Assembly: GCA_001179505.1 (NCBI GenBank)
Contig: CDMY01000514.1
Span: 1-61,197 of the forward strand
Length of the DNA stretch: 61,197 nt
Direction: 5' to 3'
DNA from: Vitrella brassicaformis CCMP3155
Taxonomy: Eukaryota; Protista; Chromerida
Part shown: piece after piece, positions 26,728 through 38,846 of the stretch
How the letters are laid out: each line of letters starts with the position of its first letter
Numbering within the stretch: the stretch's first letter is position 1
Position numbers and translations under genes: made by a program
Notes under the pieces: model-generated
Databases searched by the model: none
What the model saw: only the letters and a program-made list of their open reading frames with translations
What the model was told of the DNA's origin: nothing

Positions 26728-29700
26728 ATGGAAAACCCGCAGTCTCCTCACTATTCGCAGACATCCTGGGGAGTGGACTCGAGTTTTTCACCGCAGCATG
26801 TGGAGAGTCTTCGGTCTCCTCGCTATTCCCCAAGAAGAACGATTGCGAGTGTTGTTCCCGAGGAGTCCGTGCCACTGGCAGGCCTGGCTGACGGAGAGAC
26901 TTCTCAGGGGGTAACAAAAGTAAGGATTGCGTGAGTGTGCATGTGTGTGTCATGGCGGAGCGACGGACCGGCTTGCCTCTGTCTGTTCGTCTGTTCAGCC
27001 TGTGGCGAGCACCCCGTCAGAGTCACGCCCCGACTCCGATGTTGTCCGTGTCCATGATGCTGAGATGGGAGAAGTCGGCTCCGAGATGGCAGGCCCACCA
27101 GAGCCGCATCCCGCGCAACAACCTGTGGACGTTGCTGGGGAATCAGATATTGAAGAGACCTCGAGGGTAGGCAGAAACTAGAAGACATATGGTGCACATA
27201 AGTAGTCGTCTGTTCTGTTTCAGCCTGCATCGGCCGGGCCTCCTTCCCCCGATGCAGGCACAATTGATGACGAAAGGAGGCTATGGACAAAGGTCCAGGA
27301 GTACTTAGCAAACACAGATGACGAGGGACGTCTGCAGCCCGATATGGTTGCAGTCGAGGAAGTATTGGAAGCCGGTGGCGAACCAGGGGTAATCCATTGA
27401 ATTATGTCCATCCTCTGTCATCAGCCCTCCCACTTTGTGTCATAGGGCATCGACGGGAAGACGCTGCTGCATTTGATCTGTGACGAACAATCCTGGACCG
27501 AAAAGGGGGAAGAGTGGCTTAAGTGGCTGGGAAAACAGGAGAGGCATTGAGGAAGAAGTCCTACAATGACGGTTTCACGCCACTTGAAGCAGCTCTGGGA
27601 GGCGACGAGGCATTCGCCGCAATCAACGTGCTGACCAAGAAAGGCGCCGTCGAATTGTTGGAGGAAGGCAGCGTCAACCCTGCTGGTAAGGGGCTGAAAA
27701 CTGAGCTTCTTGTATCTGTTTGTTGACTCCTTGGCTCCTTCAGCAACCAAGAAGTCCATCAAGGAAGCCGAAAAATTCTGCCGTACTAGCAGAGCCATCA
27801 TATCAGCCTGACACATCGGAGGCTGCCCAAATAGACGGAGCACATGCGCAGAAGCGATTCAAGAATAGTTTGAAGCAGCGACTTGAGAAGCACCCGGAGA
27901 AAGGGCAGCTTACCCTCAAGTTTCTTGACGTGATGCTCTTGGCGTCACATGGCAAGAAAAACGACTTCAGCGATTTCCTGGAGCAGAATAGTCCGGCTTC
28001 AATCGCGGTAGGAGGGCCTCTGTCATGGAATTAAGACATGTTAAGAGCTGTATGCCTGGTTGATCAGGTCGAGGAGGTCTTTCTCCTTGATGAAACAACG
28101 GGTCTGTCACTGATGGACGTGCTTGGTCGGGTATATCCGACTGCATGGAAATGCCTTTTGGATACGCCGCTCTGGCAGGACAAACTCGTTTCTCGGGTGA
28201 GTGCATCATTGACAATGAAGCCGCCGCATCATCCCATAGCATCATCGCTCAATACCATACCATTATTTAATGTCTAGGCCGACTCATACAGTACGAGTAC
28301 AGAAGCTCCCCTCGATCCGTTCATCTTCTATCTCCTTCAACCTGGACGGCTGTTCGAAAACGACAAAGCTCGACGAGCTCGGCTTGCACTCTTGGGAGAC
28401 ATCCTCGAGCGAATGCCAAAAGAGACATTGCTGGAGCTCAAGACTCCGAAGAAGCATGTAGTATATATGGCGGAGAAAATGAACTCGCTTTGAAGAAGTG
28501 CTTCTTTACGTGACACCTGTCCGAAACACGAAAGTGGTGGAGGCGACCAAACGTTATTGCACAAAGCTGTCGAAGTAAGCGATTTGCCTGTCGTATCCTA
28601 TCTGCTAGAGCTTCCACTCGGAGATGATACCATGAGGAAATTCATCACACAGCAGGACCAGGTCCGACATTGAAAAGAGGTAGACTCGCCCTAAGTGGTC
28701 CCCAAAAACGTTTTTTCCCGTTGACAGAAAGAACGTGTACCACTTCACTGCGCCCTGGACGTTAAATGGGTATCTGATGAGCAGCATGGTAAAGCTGACC
28801 GTCTGGCCATCATTGACAAGCTATTGGAGGCTCCAGGGGGGAGAGCTGCCTTGCAAATCCCAAGGAGGAAAGTGAGTTTACAGAGACTGACAAGAGAATA
28901 GGAGACAGCGTTCTTTTTTTGGCAGGGAGATAATCTACCCATCGAGGCATTTGTTTCCAAGGCAGAAGGCGTGGAGGAGCCTAAATGGCCGCGCCTCAGA
29001 CAAATCTTGTTTCCCATCCTCAAGCGGCTTACAGACAGCAAGGAAGGCAAAAGAGCATTTCTCAGCCGCCGGACGGAAACACAGGCACCCGAGACACTTG
29101 TGGTACTCGTAACTTGTCTGAGTACTTGGTACGCTGCCGAAACTTCTGTTGCACCTCGCAGACACTGCTGAAAATTGTTGCGGACAAGGCTTCACCAGAA
29201 GAGGAAGGCTATGTGCTGATCGGCCGTCTCCTCGAAATGTTCTACGTGGCGCTAAGAGAGGTTAGGAAGCCAACGAACTCTATCCCCTTTTTCTAGGTCT
29301 CTGTCTATAACAGGACACAGGAATCCCACAAGCCCATCAAATCGACGTGCTGGACGAAAGAGACATCATGAAAAATTTCCAAGATGGCGTATGCCGTCTG
29401 GTGCTAGAGGCAAACAAGCGCCTCTTCAAAAAGCGCAGGAGAAAGACTGTCGAAAGCAGAGCCGCATTTCTCCATACCTTGGGGAGCCTGCTCTGCCATC
29501 CGTCAATTCGGACCATCCGTCGAGAAGTGTTATCTTTCGTGGTCGAGAAACGGGTACGTATAGCCAGAGCCAGAGTCGCTCTGTTTGCGACTGTTCTCTG
29601 TTTTGTTACCATTTCGCCACATCTACAGATATTGGAAGACACCGACGTGCACAAGGACCGGAAGGAAACACTGTTCCGCAACATGTTGACGGTGCGAGCC

Positions 29701-32700
29701 AGGAGAGGAGCAGAGGTTTTCGACGCAGCCTTCGAGCTCCTCCACGCGTTTAATCCGACTGTGCCAATCCTGCCGCTCACTGTCGCCTTTGTGCAATATG
29801 TCAGCAAATTCAAGCTCATTCACCATTGTCACAGAGGTGCTTACATTTCTGGCAGGTGCTTCACGAGCTCTCAGTGGCATTCCTGTCTGAGCACTACCAA
29901 GCCGTGAGGGCGTTTCTGAAAGGCCAAATCGTTTCAAGCAGGACACCGATCAGTCTCTGCTTTGAGGTCGCGACAGTCGTCAAGAAGCGCTTTAAGGAGG
30001 AGAGGGACTCGCTGTCGGATGAGCTTGGCGAGCTCTTAGAATGGATAAAGGTCAGTTTCCAGTTGAAGGTGAGACCTTGGATCCTGTTCCTTGCGCTTCA
30101 GAGATGCACGGCGCATTATTTGCAAGATGTGGACGAGTGAGAGTGCCCACTATCTTGCGTGTGATGTAGCCTGTCGGCTTTTGCACTTGTCGCTCTTGCA
30201 GGCACACGCTGTGGAAAATGCTTGCACCACTCTTTACGGTGAAAGAGACTCAGGCCCTTAATCAGGCCCTTAAGGGCCTGCCGGAGCCGTCTGTGCCATC
30301 AAATGGCCTTCGTGGCTGCCTCCCCAACTCCCTTTGCTCATGTCTGCTTCCAAGTCGGATCCACACCGGAAGTCTCAAGAAGTGGCACGCAGTGCTTACT
30401 GACCCACAAATTCGGACGTCTCTTGGCTACACGAAGGCTTTCCTCGATGCACACGTCTCCCACTATGACCTTCAGACGTTCCTGGTACGGTCAGATGGGA
30501 GAATGTGTGCCACCATCACGATGTCTGCCACTTCGTTGTAGGCCATGCTTCGTTTTCCTCGATGCACACGTCTCCCACTATGACCTTCAGACGTTCCTGG
30601 TACGGTCAGATGGGAGAATGTGTGCCACCATCACGATGTCTGCCACTTCGTTGTAGGCCATGCTTCGAATCGTAGGGAAGGATACGAACAGTCCAGGAGC
30701 CCTCGACTTACTCGTCCTTAGCTTCACCAGCGAAAGAAGGGAGGAGCGTCACTTGCTGCAGCTCACGGAGTCGCTGAATGCCCTCGACGTTGCTCTCTGT
30801 CCGAGCATCATCCGCCTAGCCAATGAACGGTGGAAAAAGGGCAATTGGAGCGACCTGTCGCTCCACGCGCTGACTCGAAATGCCCCTGCTTGGCGGTGGG
30901 CAGAGAGTCGCCCTGTTCAAGCAGCTTCACTGCTGTTTGCCCCTGCGACCATGTTTCTGCTACAATCCATGTCAATAGCCCTCATGTACGAATGCCACAC
31001 ATTTCATCATGTGCGATTTGTTATTGCGGGTATGATTGACTGTCCCAGGAGCGGTTTGGCATTCGGGGGCGCGGCAGACAGCAGCGATGCACGAGAGCCA
31101 CGATCTTTCCTCAAAGTTCCCGTCTTTTGGCCTTTATTTTTGATGACAATAGGGCTAGTGGTGCAAGAAGTGAAGCAGGTAAAAAATGCTGAGAAAAGGC
31201 GACGTCATTCCCTTCTCAATTCTTTTTCATCATCCGAATGCCTGGCAGATGGCTCGCTTTCCTATTTGTTGGGACTTGTAGCGGTATCTCTTCAATCCTT
31301 GGTCAGCTGTCTCCGTGTGCTCTTCATCACGTGTACAAGACGCTTCGATGGATGGCTCGATCGCCCGTCTGCAGGAACATCCTGGATTTCGCAACTTGCG
31401 TTTTGGGCATCGTCTTTGTCTTTTTTTCATTCGACCGTGGCGACAGACAGCCGGTCCCGCAGCTGTTGACGCTAATCGGACTGACAACCGCTCTGCGCCT
31501 ACTGCAGTCTGCGACATTGTTCAGGCCCATAGGGCCGCTCGTCCTGTAAGTCAACCATCGCTGAACAATGAAAGCTGTGGCGATCCCTGTCTTCAGGACA
31601 GTGATTCAGATTATTCAGCGCGATGTGACGAGGTTTTTCCTTATCTACGGCCTGATCATCGTCACATTCGCCTTGGCATTGTGGGCCCTCGCTAGAGACG
31701 AAATGCCACAACCGTTTGGCACTTTCGACGTCGCGTGTTTGACGCTCTTCTACGTGTCCGGTATTGAACAAGAGCGACGTTCTCCTGTCGAAGTAGGGCT
31801 GTACGGCTGCCCGTGTGTATGGCTGCCCGTGTCCACTCTTTGTAGTCGGGGATTTCCGAGGGGTCGTGGACACTGCCTTTGACGAGGATCTGGTGCTGGT
31901 AGGGGTCCTTGTTATCGTCTTCGTCATCGTATCATTCATCATCGCGGTACATGAGACCAAGAGCAACAATCTCTTCATGGAAAAAACTCTGTATTGGATT
32001 GATCCCTGTTGCAGCTCAACCTGCTCATTGCACTGTTCACGACAACCTTTTCCACCATTCTTGAGACTAGCAAAGCCCAATACGAGCAGCTACGCATCAA
32101 AGTGCTCAACGAGTATTCATATTCATACATCTGCACCGAGCTCCCCATCCCGCTCAACTTTTTACCCGGTACACACTCGTCAACAAGACATTTGGAGGAT
32201 AATTCTGACGTTCCTGTGTAAGTAATCGATGATGCAGGACTGCTTCCCTGCCTGATGCTGTCCCGCTACATCCAAGGCCGCGTGGCAAAGCAAGTCGAGC
32301 ACCTCTCAAACCCACAGGCCCCCAAGAAGCATGAGAGCGTTCAACTCGTATGGGCTGCCTATGCGTATTGGGTCATATTTGGTCTTATCTTTTTATCTTA
32401 CCTGCTCCTTTTTGGGGCTGTGTGGATGTTGTCTTGGGTGCCAAGGCTGCTGAGACTCCTTCTCTTCTATGCGAATCCACCGAATTGGAGACGCTGCTGT
32501 GAGAGACACTGCGAGGAAGGAAATCAGGACAAGCCGACTGATGAGGCATCAAGGGTCGACAAGCATAAGGACGATACCGCGCGAAATAAATTATCATGGG
32601 CGACGTTCTCAAAGGCATGCAGCTGCTCGAAAAATTGTCCGGGTTTTTGTCTCATTTCACGACAAGTTGCGACTCTTGTGCTACGAGTGAGCTATTTGGG

Positions 32701-33166
32701 CGGGGGGGCAGCGGGGGAGGGGCACAGGTGACTTGAAGCTGATTTATGTGGATGTCAGGAATGTCTTCCCAAGGTGGATCGTCTATCGCTTGAAGATGCA
32801 ACAGAAATGGTCAGGAGCAAAATCCTGAGCAGCTACGCAATTCCCGATAAGGCGGCAGCAGGAGACACGAAGGTATTTCACGGTGTCATTTTTGGCTCTT
32901 CTGATAGCTATGCACTGTGCAGACAATGAACACACCGTATGTTCATCCCCGATTCGATGTATTGGGTGCCGAGATGCCCGAGTCCCTCGAGGTGCTTCTG
33001 AATAAGAGCATCTGGGATCAGGCCGACCATCAGACCGCGACCATGGGCGACATCTCCAAAGGTAAGAACCATAAATGAAGCTCAATGCAATTCCTTACGA
33101 GACCCGCTTACAGGCTTGCGTGAGCTGCGCGAGAGGATTGAAGCGGTCGAAAGAAAGAAGAAATGA
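26728..33166 (+). CDS. Ankyrin-repeat TRP-type cation channel homologue, multi-exon, with apparent lesions (possible pseudogene or assembly errors)
   Basis: Ankyrin-like motifs (GKTLLHLIC, DGFTPLEAAL, QTLLHKAVE, RVPLHCAL). Channel segments: LVVQEVKQ, WNILDFATCVLG, LRLLQSATLFRPIGPLVL, RDVTRFFLIYGLIIVTFALAL, LNLLIALFTTTF. Ends in coiled coil LRELRERIEAVERKKK* (stop 33164-33166). Start ATG inferred. Confidence 0.8.
30439..30667 (+). repeat. Exact 114-bp tandem duplication (period 115) spanning exon end + intron + next exon start of the TRP-like gene
   Basis: 30439-30552 and 30554-30667 read identically (TTTCCTCGATGCACAC...TTGTAGGCCATGCTTCG). Confidence 0.95.
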
Positions 33167-33674
33167 GGAAGTGAGCGAGTGTGTCGTGGAGATTTAAGTA
33201 CCTTTGATCGCGCGTGTGAGCTGTGTGTTGAACTTGTATGTACTGTTGCGCTTCGTGAGACACGCTTACAAAATTCGTCGCGCACTTCAGCAGGCTCAGG
33301 AAGACACACGACCAAGCCAGCGACTAAGAGCCTACTACAGACAGCAGCAAGTGAAGTCAGGCTGAAGTCAGGCCGGTGACGCAAAGACACACAGACTCAG
33401 ATCCAACCATCTGCCAATCACGACGGCGTTGCATCAATCAATGTGGGCGTCGTTTTCGGAGGACCGCAATCGTTGCCCCACTGCCTCATGAGGTGTGAAC
33501 GGGGAGTGGTTTTCCATCGTCGTGTACGCTACTTTGTGTTCGCTCGCCATTGAGCGGCTGTTTTCCATACCGGAAAAGACGCCCGTCACAGTACGAGACA
33601 CTCGGGCAATTTTGTTTGTGTCAGGGTCCAATGATGATGTCTGTATGTGTGTGCATGTTCAAGTTGTGTCTCGT

Positions 33675-33974
33675 NNNNNNNNNNNNNNNNNNNNNNNNNN
33701 NNNNNNNNNNNNNNNNNNNNNNNNNNNNNNNNNNNNNNNNNNNNNNNNNNNNNNNNNNNNNNNNNNNNNNNNNNNNNNNNNNNNNNNNNNNNNNNNNNNN
33801 NNNNNNNNNNNNNNNNNNNNNNNNNNNNNNNNNNNNNNNNNNNNNNNNNNNNNNNNNNNNNNNNNNNNNNNNNNNNNNNNNNNNNNNNNNNNNNNNNNNN
33901 NNNNNNNNNNNNNNNNNNNNNNNNNNNNNNNNNNNNNNNNNNNNNNNNNNNNNNNNNNNNNNNNNNNNNNNNNN
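33675..33974. other. Assembly gap (300 N), followed by a poly-C/poly-T run
   Basis: Directly visible. Confidence 1.
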
Positions 33975-34275
33975 CCCCCCCCCCCCCCCCCCCTTTTTTT
34001 TGTGGGCGAGGGTTTTTGCCAGCAGCTTCGCCCTCCTCAAACCCAATGGAAAGCACACATGTGTCGGTGTCTAGAAAGGACAGGATGGTGATGTTCCATC
34101 GAGGATCTTCAGAAGTGTAAACTGCTTCATTTGATGTCCGCCTCAGCAGTGTTCTGACCCGTCAGGAAGCGGCAACCGCTGCATTCAGTTCTTCTATTAC
34201 CCATCCACCCTTCCCGCCGGTCTGCATGCTGCCCCCCCATGCCTGCCTCTCCCACACAAATGGGTTGGTGCGCAT

Positions 34276-35408
34276 TCACCATGTATGCACGAGGAATTTC
34301 CGGGTCTCATTTTGGTGAGCTTGGTCCTGCATATATTTCTCCACATCCTCCAGTGCGCTCTGGAAGGATTCCCCCTTCTTCTCCATCTTCTTGAAGTCGC
34401 CCTCCCTGTACACACCACACAGATACAGACACACGTGTACTTCCGTGCATGGCCACGAACTCTCAGCTGGAAGTGCCTCCCACCTGTAGTGTCTCAGGAA
34501 GAAGAAGGGCGCCACGATGGAGAAGGCCGGCAGCACGAAACTCAGCCGCGTGCCGTACTTGACCGCCGGCCCGATGATGTAGTCCATCGGGTGCTTGTGC
34601 AAGCGGGACTCGGCAATGTACCGCTTCCACCAAATCACGGACCACTCGGGATCCAATAGGTGGTCCCGAAACAGCCGCATCATCACCATCACGCCCCGCT
34701 TGCCCTTGCTGTACCCGCCGTAGAGAGCCCGGCCCACGGTGCTCTTGTTCACCATCCGAATATAGTACGGGATGGATGGCCGGTAGCACATGGCGGTCAA
34801 GCCGCCAGTGGCGGCTAAGCGCAGAAGGCGACTGGCGGGCGAGCGCATGATAGCGTCTATCTCCTCGTCAGTGCGGGGCCGGGTCTTGAATAGAAGGGGC
34901 GGCACGATGGACAGCACCACGTAAGTGGTGCCAGAAAGCATCAACCAGAGGCCTGAACAGCAAAAGATACAAGAACACACAAGGCGCACGGTCGTTATTG
35001 TCTGTTCTTCGCTGCCCTACCTGCTGCGAGGACGATCATTAGCGGACCTTTGTCCACCTGCTGCCTCTCCGCCCGCACAATGACTCCATCCAACCACTTG
35101 CCGCACCCCGTCATCCAATCCTCCCCAGGCTTCACCAATCCATCACTCTTCCCTTCACCCTTCCCTTTCGTCAGCCGAGTAATGATCTCCTTCACTTTCG
35201 TCTTTGCTTTGACAAGCAGAGCTTCGGGAGAGGAAGGGGCGAGAGGGAGGGGCGCGTCCGGCTCTGATCTGATGACGACGCGGGTGTTTGAGGGTCCGAA
35301 TGTGCTGCTCGTCGATGGGTTGTAGCGCGATGTTGCGAATGGCCGCGGCCATCGCGGCGCGACGGGGGATAGCCGGGCAGCACGGATGACGGCTGTGCGG
35401 CCCTGCAT
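34276..35408 (-). CDS. Hypothetical membrane protein, possibly organelle-targeted
   Basis: Exon 1 MQGRTAVIRAARLSPVAPRWPRPFATSR (Arg/Ala-rich, no acidic residues) to CAG|GTAGG donor ~35020; exon 2 with hydrophobic segments; GC-rich coding-like composition. No family recognised; 3' end uncertain. Confidence 0.6.
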
Positions 35409-35527
35409 TTCAAGGCTGGCGTGGCCTCAGTTTCACGCGATACCCGAAAGCAGCAACGGCATCGCAAACGACGCAAAGATATACAGCGCTTGTAGCACTT
35501 TCAGCTTCCTCCCCTTTCTTTCCTGCA

Positions 35528-37658
35528 ATGTCGCGGTTTCTTGTCCTTGCCGTCTGGCTCACTTTGGCAAACGCGGCGAAGGACAGCACGTCTGCAAACC
35601 CAGAGCCAATCGAAACAAGTGGACTGAAGAAAGCAGGTATTTGCCGTTGCGTGTGGCACTGCGCGCCGATCTCACTTTCTCCTCCTGTTTCTCTCTGTCA
35701 GGTCCTGCAATGCGCTGTGCCGAGTGGTGGCTGGACCACGAGCTGTTCGGCGCCGAGCTGGCACGAGAAAAGGCCGCCTCGGCCAACGAATGCCAAAAGG
35801 AATGCCAGGACACCAAGGCGTGCAGGTTTTTCAGCTACTCCGAGCAGCGGGGCTGTCACCTCAGGTCTGGCATGGGCAAATCATACCGAATAGCCGCCGG
35901 TGCTGTGGCCGGACCGAAGAGCTGCACCCGAATCCCCGTCAGCGAATACATGGCGAGAGGTACGGATAAGTGCAGGGGCTTCTGGCGATGAGCATTGTTT
36001 GTTGGTGTGCAGGCCCTGCCAATGCGTTGGGTGGGCTTGTCTACGTGCCCCTGGGCAACCAGAAAGATCACTCCAAGCGATTGAGATCGGTGGCCAAGGA
36101 CCCTATCGGTGTGCCGTATGATTATCCGTTGAAGACGTACTTGACCCCCGGCTTGGAGTCAGACTACACGTGGGGTACGTCTGCATAGGTGCGTGATGCT
36201 CGTCAACCCATGTGACGATTGTGTGTGCAACAGCTTCGGTGCTGACGCGCAAGTCCAGGTCCAATGGGAAGGTTCGCTACACGCTCCTCCACTATGACAC
36301 CCAGGCTGGGCACACTACCACGGTTTCGCTGCACGGCTCCGAGAAAGCGGATGGTGGTGTTCTTGCCGTCACCGAGGCAGCGTTCCCCTTCGCTGCCACC
36401 TCGACGGCTAGGAGCAAGGCAGGCTGTAGTGGAGGTCTGTCATGTTTTCAATTCGAAAGTTTGACGGACGTCCTCTTTCAGGGCAAGACGCAAGGTACTC
36501 ACTCAGGCGTGCATGTTTCGGTTTCATTTTCATTCGTTCCCCATTTCTGTACACGTAGGCCTGAAGAAGCAGCTAGGACCTCATCATGCAGAGACCTTTG
36601 TCCTCCGCGCGCAGTACGTGCCGCCTGCTGGCCAAGGCTCTGCAGGCCCGCCACTGGTCACCTACATCCATGTCAAGCCCCCAGCTGATCACAAAGCGAA
36701 CAACGACACGATCGGTCAGCCGCTAGGTAGGATAGCTTGGGAAAGGCCAAACATGATGGCTCCACACACCTATTGTGGTGCAGAGAGGTGCATCACAGAC
36801 CTGGCTGCGGCGAGAGAGCGTCGTATCTGCGCGGGGACCAATGTCTCTCTGTCATCCGAGGAGTGCTTGGTGAGTCGCTCAATGGGCAAAACGCGTTAAT
36901 GATAGGTTTTTGATGTGAATAGGCCCGTGACTGCTGCTATGACGAGCTGCCTGTTTCGTTTTTTGCTCCTGACTGCTTCTATAAGAGTACGGAAGACCGA
37001 CGAGGGGATAACAGTAATGTGTATGTTTGCCTTCTTTGTTTGGTCGCCTGCAGCCTGTGGTGCACAGCAATCCTCCTGCCCCGATTGGGTCAGCTGAATC
37101 TATCTAAACTATGAGGCAATCCATCCATGTGTCTTGCCACCTGACAGGTCACGAGTCAAGGCACAGGCATATCCCCGACGTTGCGATGCGGCAGCCTTGG
37201 CGTCAATGTCACCAACGCCGACAACTCGAGTCGCATTCGTGGATACGTCAACTGCAGGGGTGCACCGGGGGACGGCTCAATCTTCCGCTTTCGTGGCGCT
37301 GGGACATGGACACAGATCTATCCCCTGGAGATCACCGAAGCTGCCATTGTCCGCATTGCCACGGGAGCGAACAACTTCGATCCCATCCTGGCGCTGCTCA
37401 GCGACTGTTGCGGTGAACCTGAGGCCTGCATCTTCGCCAATGACGACGGGCCGTACAACCTAAATCCGAAGATTGAGAGGCTGCTGCAGCCGGGGTCTTA
37501 TTTCGTTGCCCTCGGAGGGCTCACTGGGGACACAGGCAAGGCAATGCTTGATGTTACGGTGAGAGAAGAGCAGACGCACAGACATAATTGAGCTCTGTCC
37601 ACATTTGCTTGCTGTTGTCTGCTGCCTTCTCTAGTGCTCGCCGGGTGGGACTAATTGA
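35528..37658 (+). CDS. Secreted protein: signal peptide + PAN/Apple domain + unknown region + trefoil (P-type) domain + PPC-like beta domain
   Basis: MSRFLVLAVWLTLANA signal; ECQKECQDTKACRFFSY...CHL...GPKSC (PAN/Apple). Spliced RRICAGTNVSLSSEECL|ARDCCYDELPVSFFAPDCFY matches the trefoil Cys pattern. FDPILALL...ANDD...LLQPGSYFVALGG resembles bacterial pre-peptidase C-terminal domains. Confidence 0.75.
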
Positions 37659-38592
37659 GTGGACGGAGTGCGACGATGTGGCCGGCGCCTCGTTCGGCAG
37701 GACGCCGTGTACTTAGTCGTTGCAACGCGGACGTAGTGGAGGACGCCGTGCAGAAGCTTGACCACCTTTCTATTTTTCAGATGATGAAGTGCTCTCTCCT
37801 TCATTGTGTTTTGTGCACAAGTGTACATGATACACGTATGTGTCTAACCGCGATTTATCTATCATCATTCTTGTTCTGCACTTTCATCACTTTCATATTT
37901 CAGCGTATCTGTCCTCTGCGAGGTGTGTTTTGCTGTTTGTCGCTGACCACGGCTTCCCTGGTTTTCCTTTGCATTAGGTATGTTGCACGTCCATTTATTC
38001 ATGAGATTTAGGCCTAATGGTGCAGATATTGCGGCGTATGCATGGATAGTCGTCACATGGGCGGGTGGCGAGGCAGAAATTTTCTCCGGATTGCCTCACG
38101 TGTGTGCTGGTGTTGCCGCTGATAGATTGAGATTTTTGATCTACTGCACTGCGTCTTCGACTAAGTTGAGTACTTTTAGAGACAGAAGTCATACGCAATC
38201 GTACTCCACCTTGACATTCTTGATTCTTGACATTCTCCACATTATGAAGCGTCCGAGTCCGTTTTCCTTCAAGTCAGTAAATCCACTCGCTCGCCCTCCG
38301 TGGAAAAAAAAGCTATCGCAGCCTTGCCTGGCGCACGCCTGAGCACGAGAACGACAGATGACGGGGCTTCTGCGCCGGGCTTAGGGACAGGTGTCCCATC
38401 AAACCCCCCTGTCGCTGCGTCCCTCGCTTCACCACCCATGATCCACTCAGACAGACAAGCTCTTCGAATTCCTGTGGCCTATTGTTCAACCATGAGTCAG
38501 ATCTCACCCCTGTCTTCACCTCAACGCCGATGGTGGGTGCCACCACAACACATCAGATCAATCACATGTCTGGCTGCAGAATCTGTCTGTGT

Positions 38593-38650
38593 TCTCCTTT
38601 TTTCCTGTTCACAGGTTGAGCTCTCCTTTTTTCCTGTTCACAGGTTGAGC
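38593..38650 (+). repeat. 29-bp tandem duplication of a splice-acceptor-like sequence
   Basis: TCTCCTTTTTTCCTGTTCACAGGTTGAGC occurs at 38593-38621 and 38622-38650. Confidence 0.9.
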
Positions 38651-38846
38651 AGCAGCTCGCTTTGCCTCCCTCTGGCTCGTCGCTTCCGGATGGCCATTAT
38701 GCTGTGGATCTCTCTCTTCATGCTGCCACTGTTGATGGCCTTTCGGCCTTCGTTGATTGGCAGTGGCCTCAGCAGACGCACACCACTGAACAAGGCGGCC
38801 CAGTCCATCATCTCACCGTTCGGGCAGCTGTCCTCGCGTCCTTCAC

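Noticed and set aside
28491-28493. TGA as selenocysteine or readthrough
   Set aside because: No SECIS evidence and the position is not a redox motif; a nonsense mutation or sequence error is simpler.
33495-34120. ORFs spanning the N run with poly-Pro/Gly
   Set aside because: Artefacts of the gap and the adjoining poly-C.
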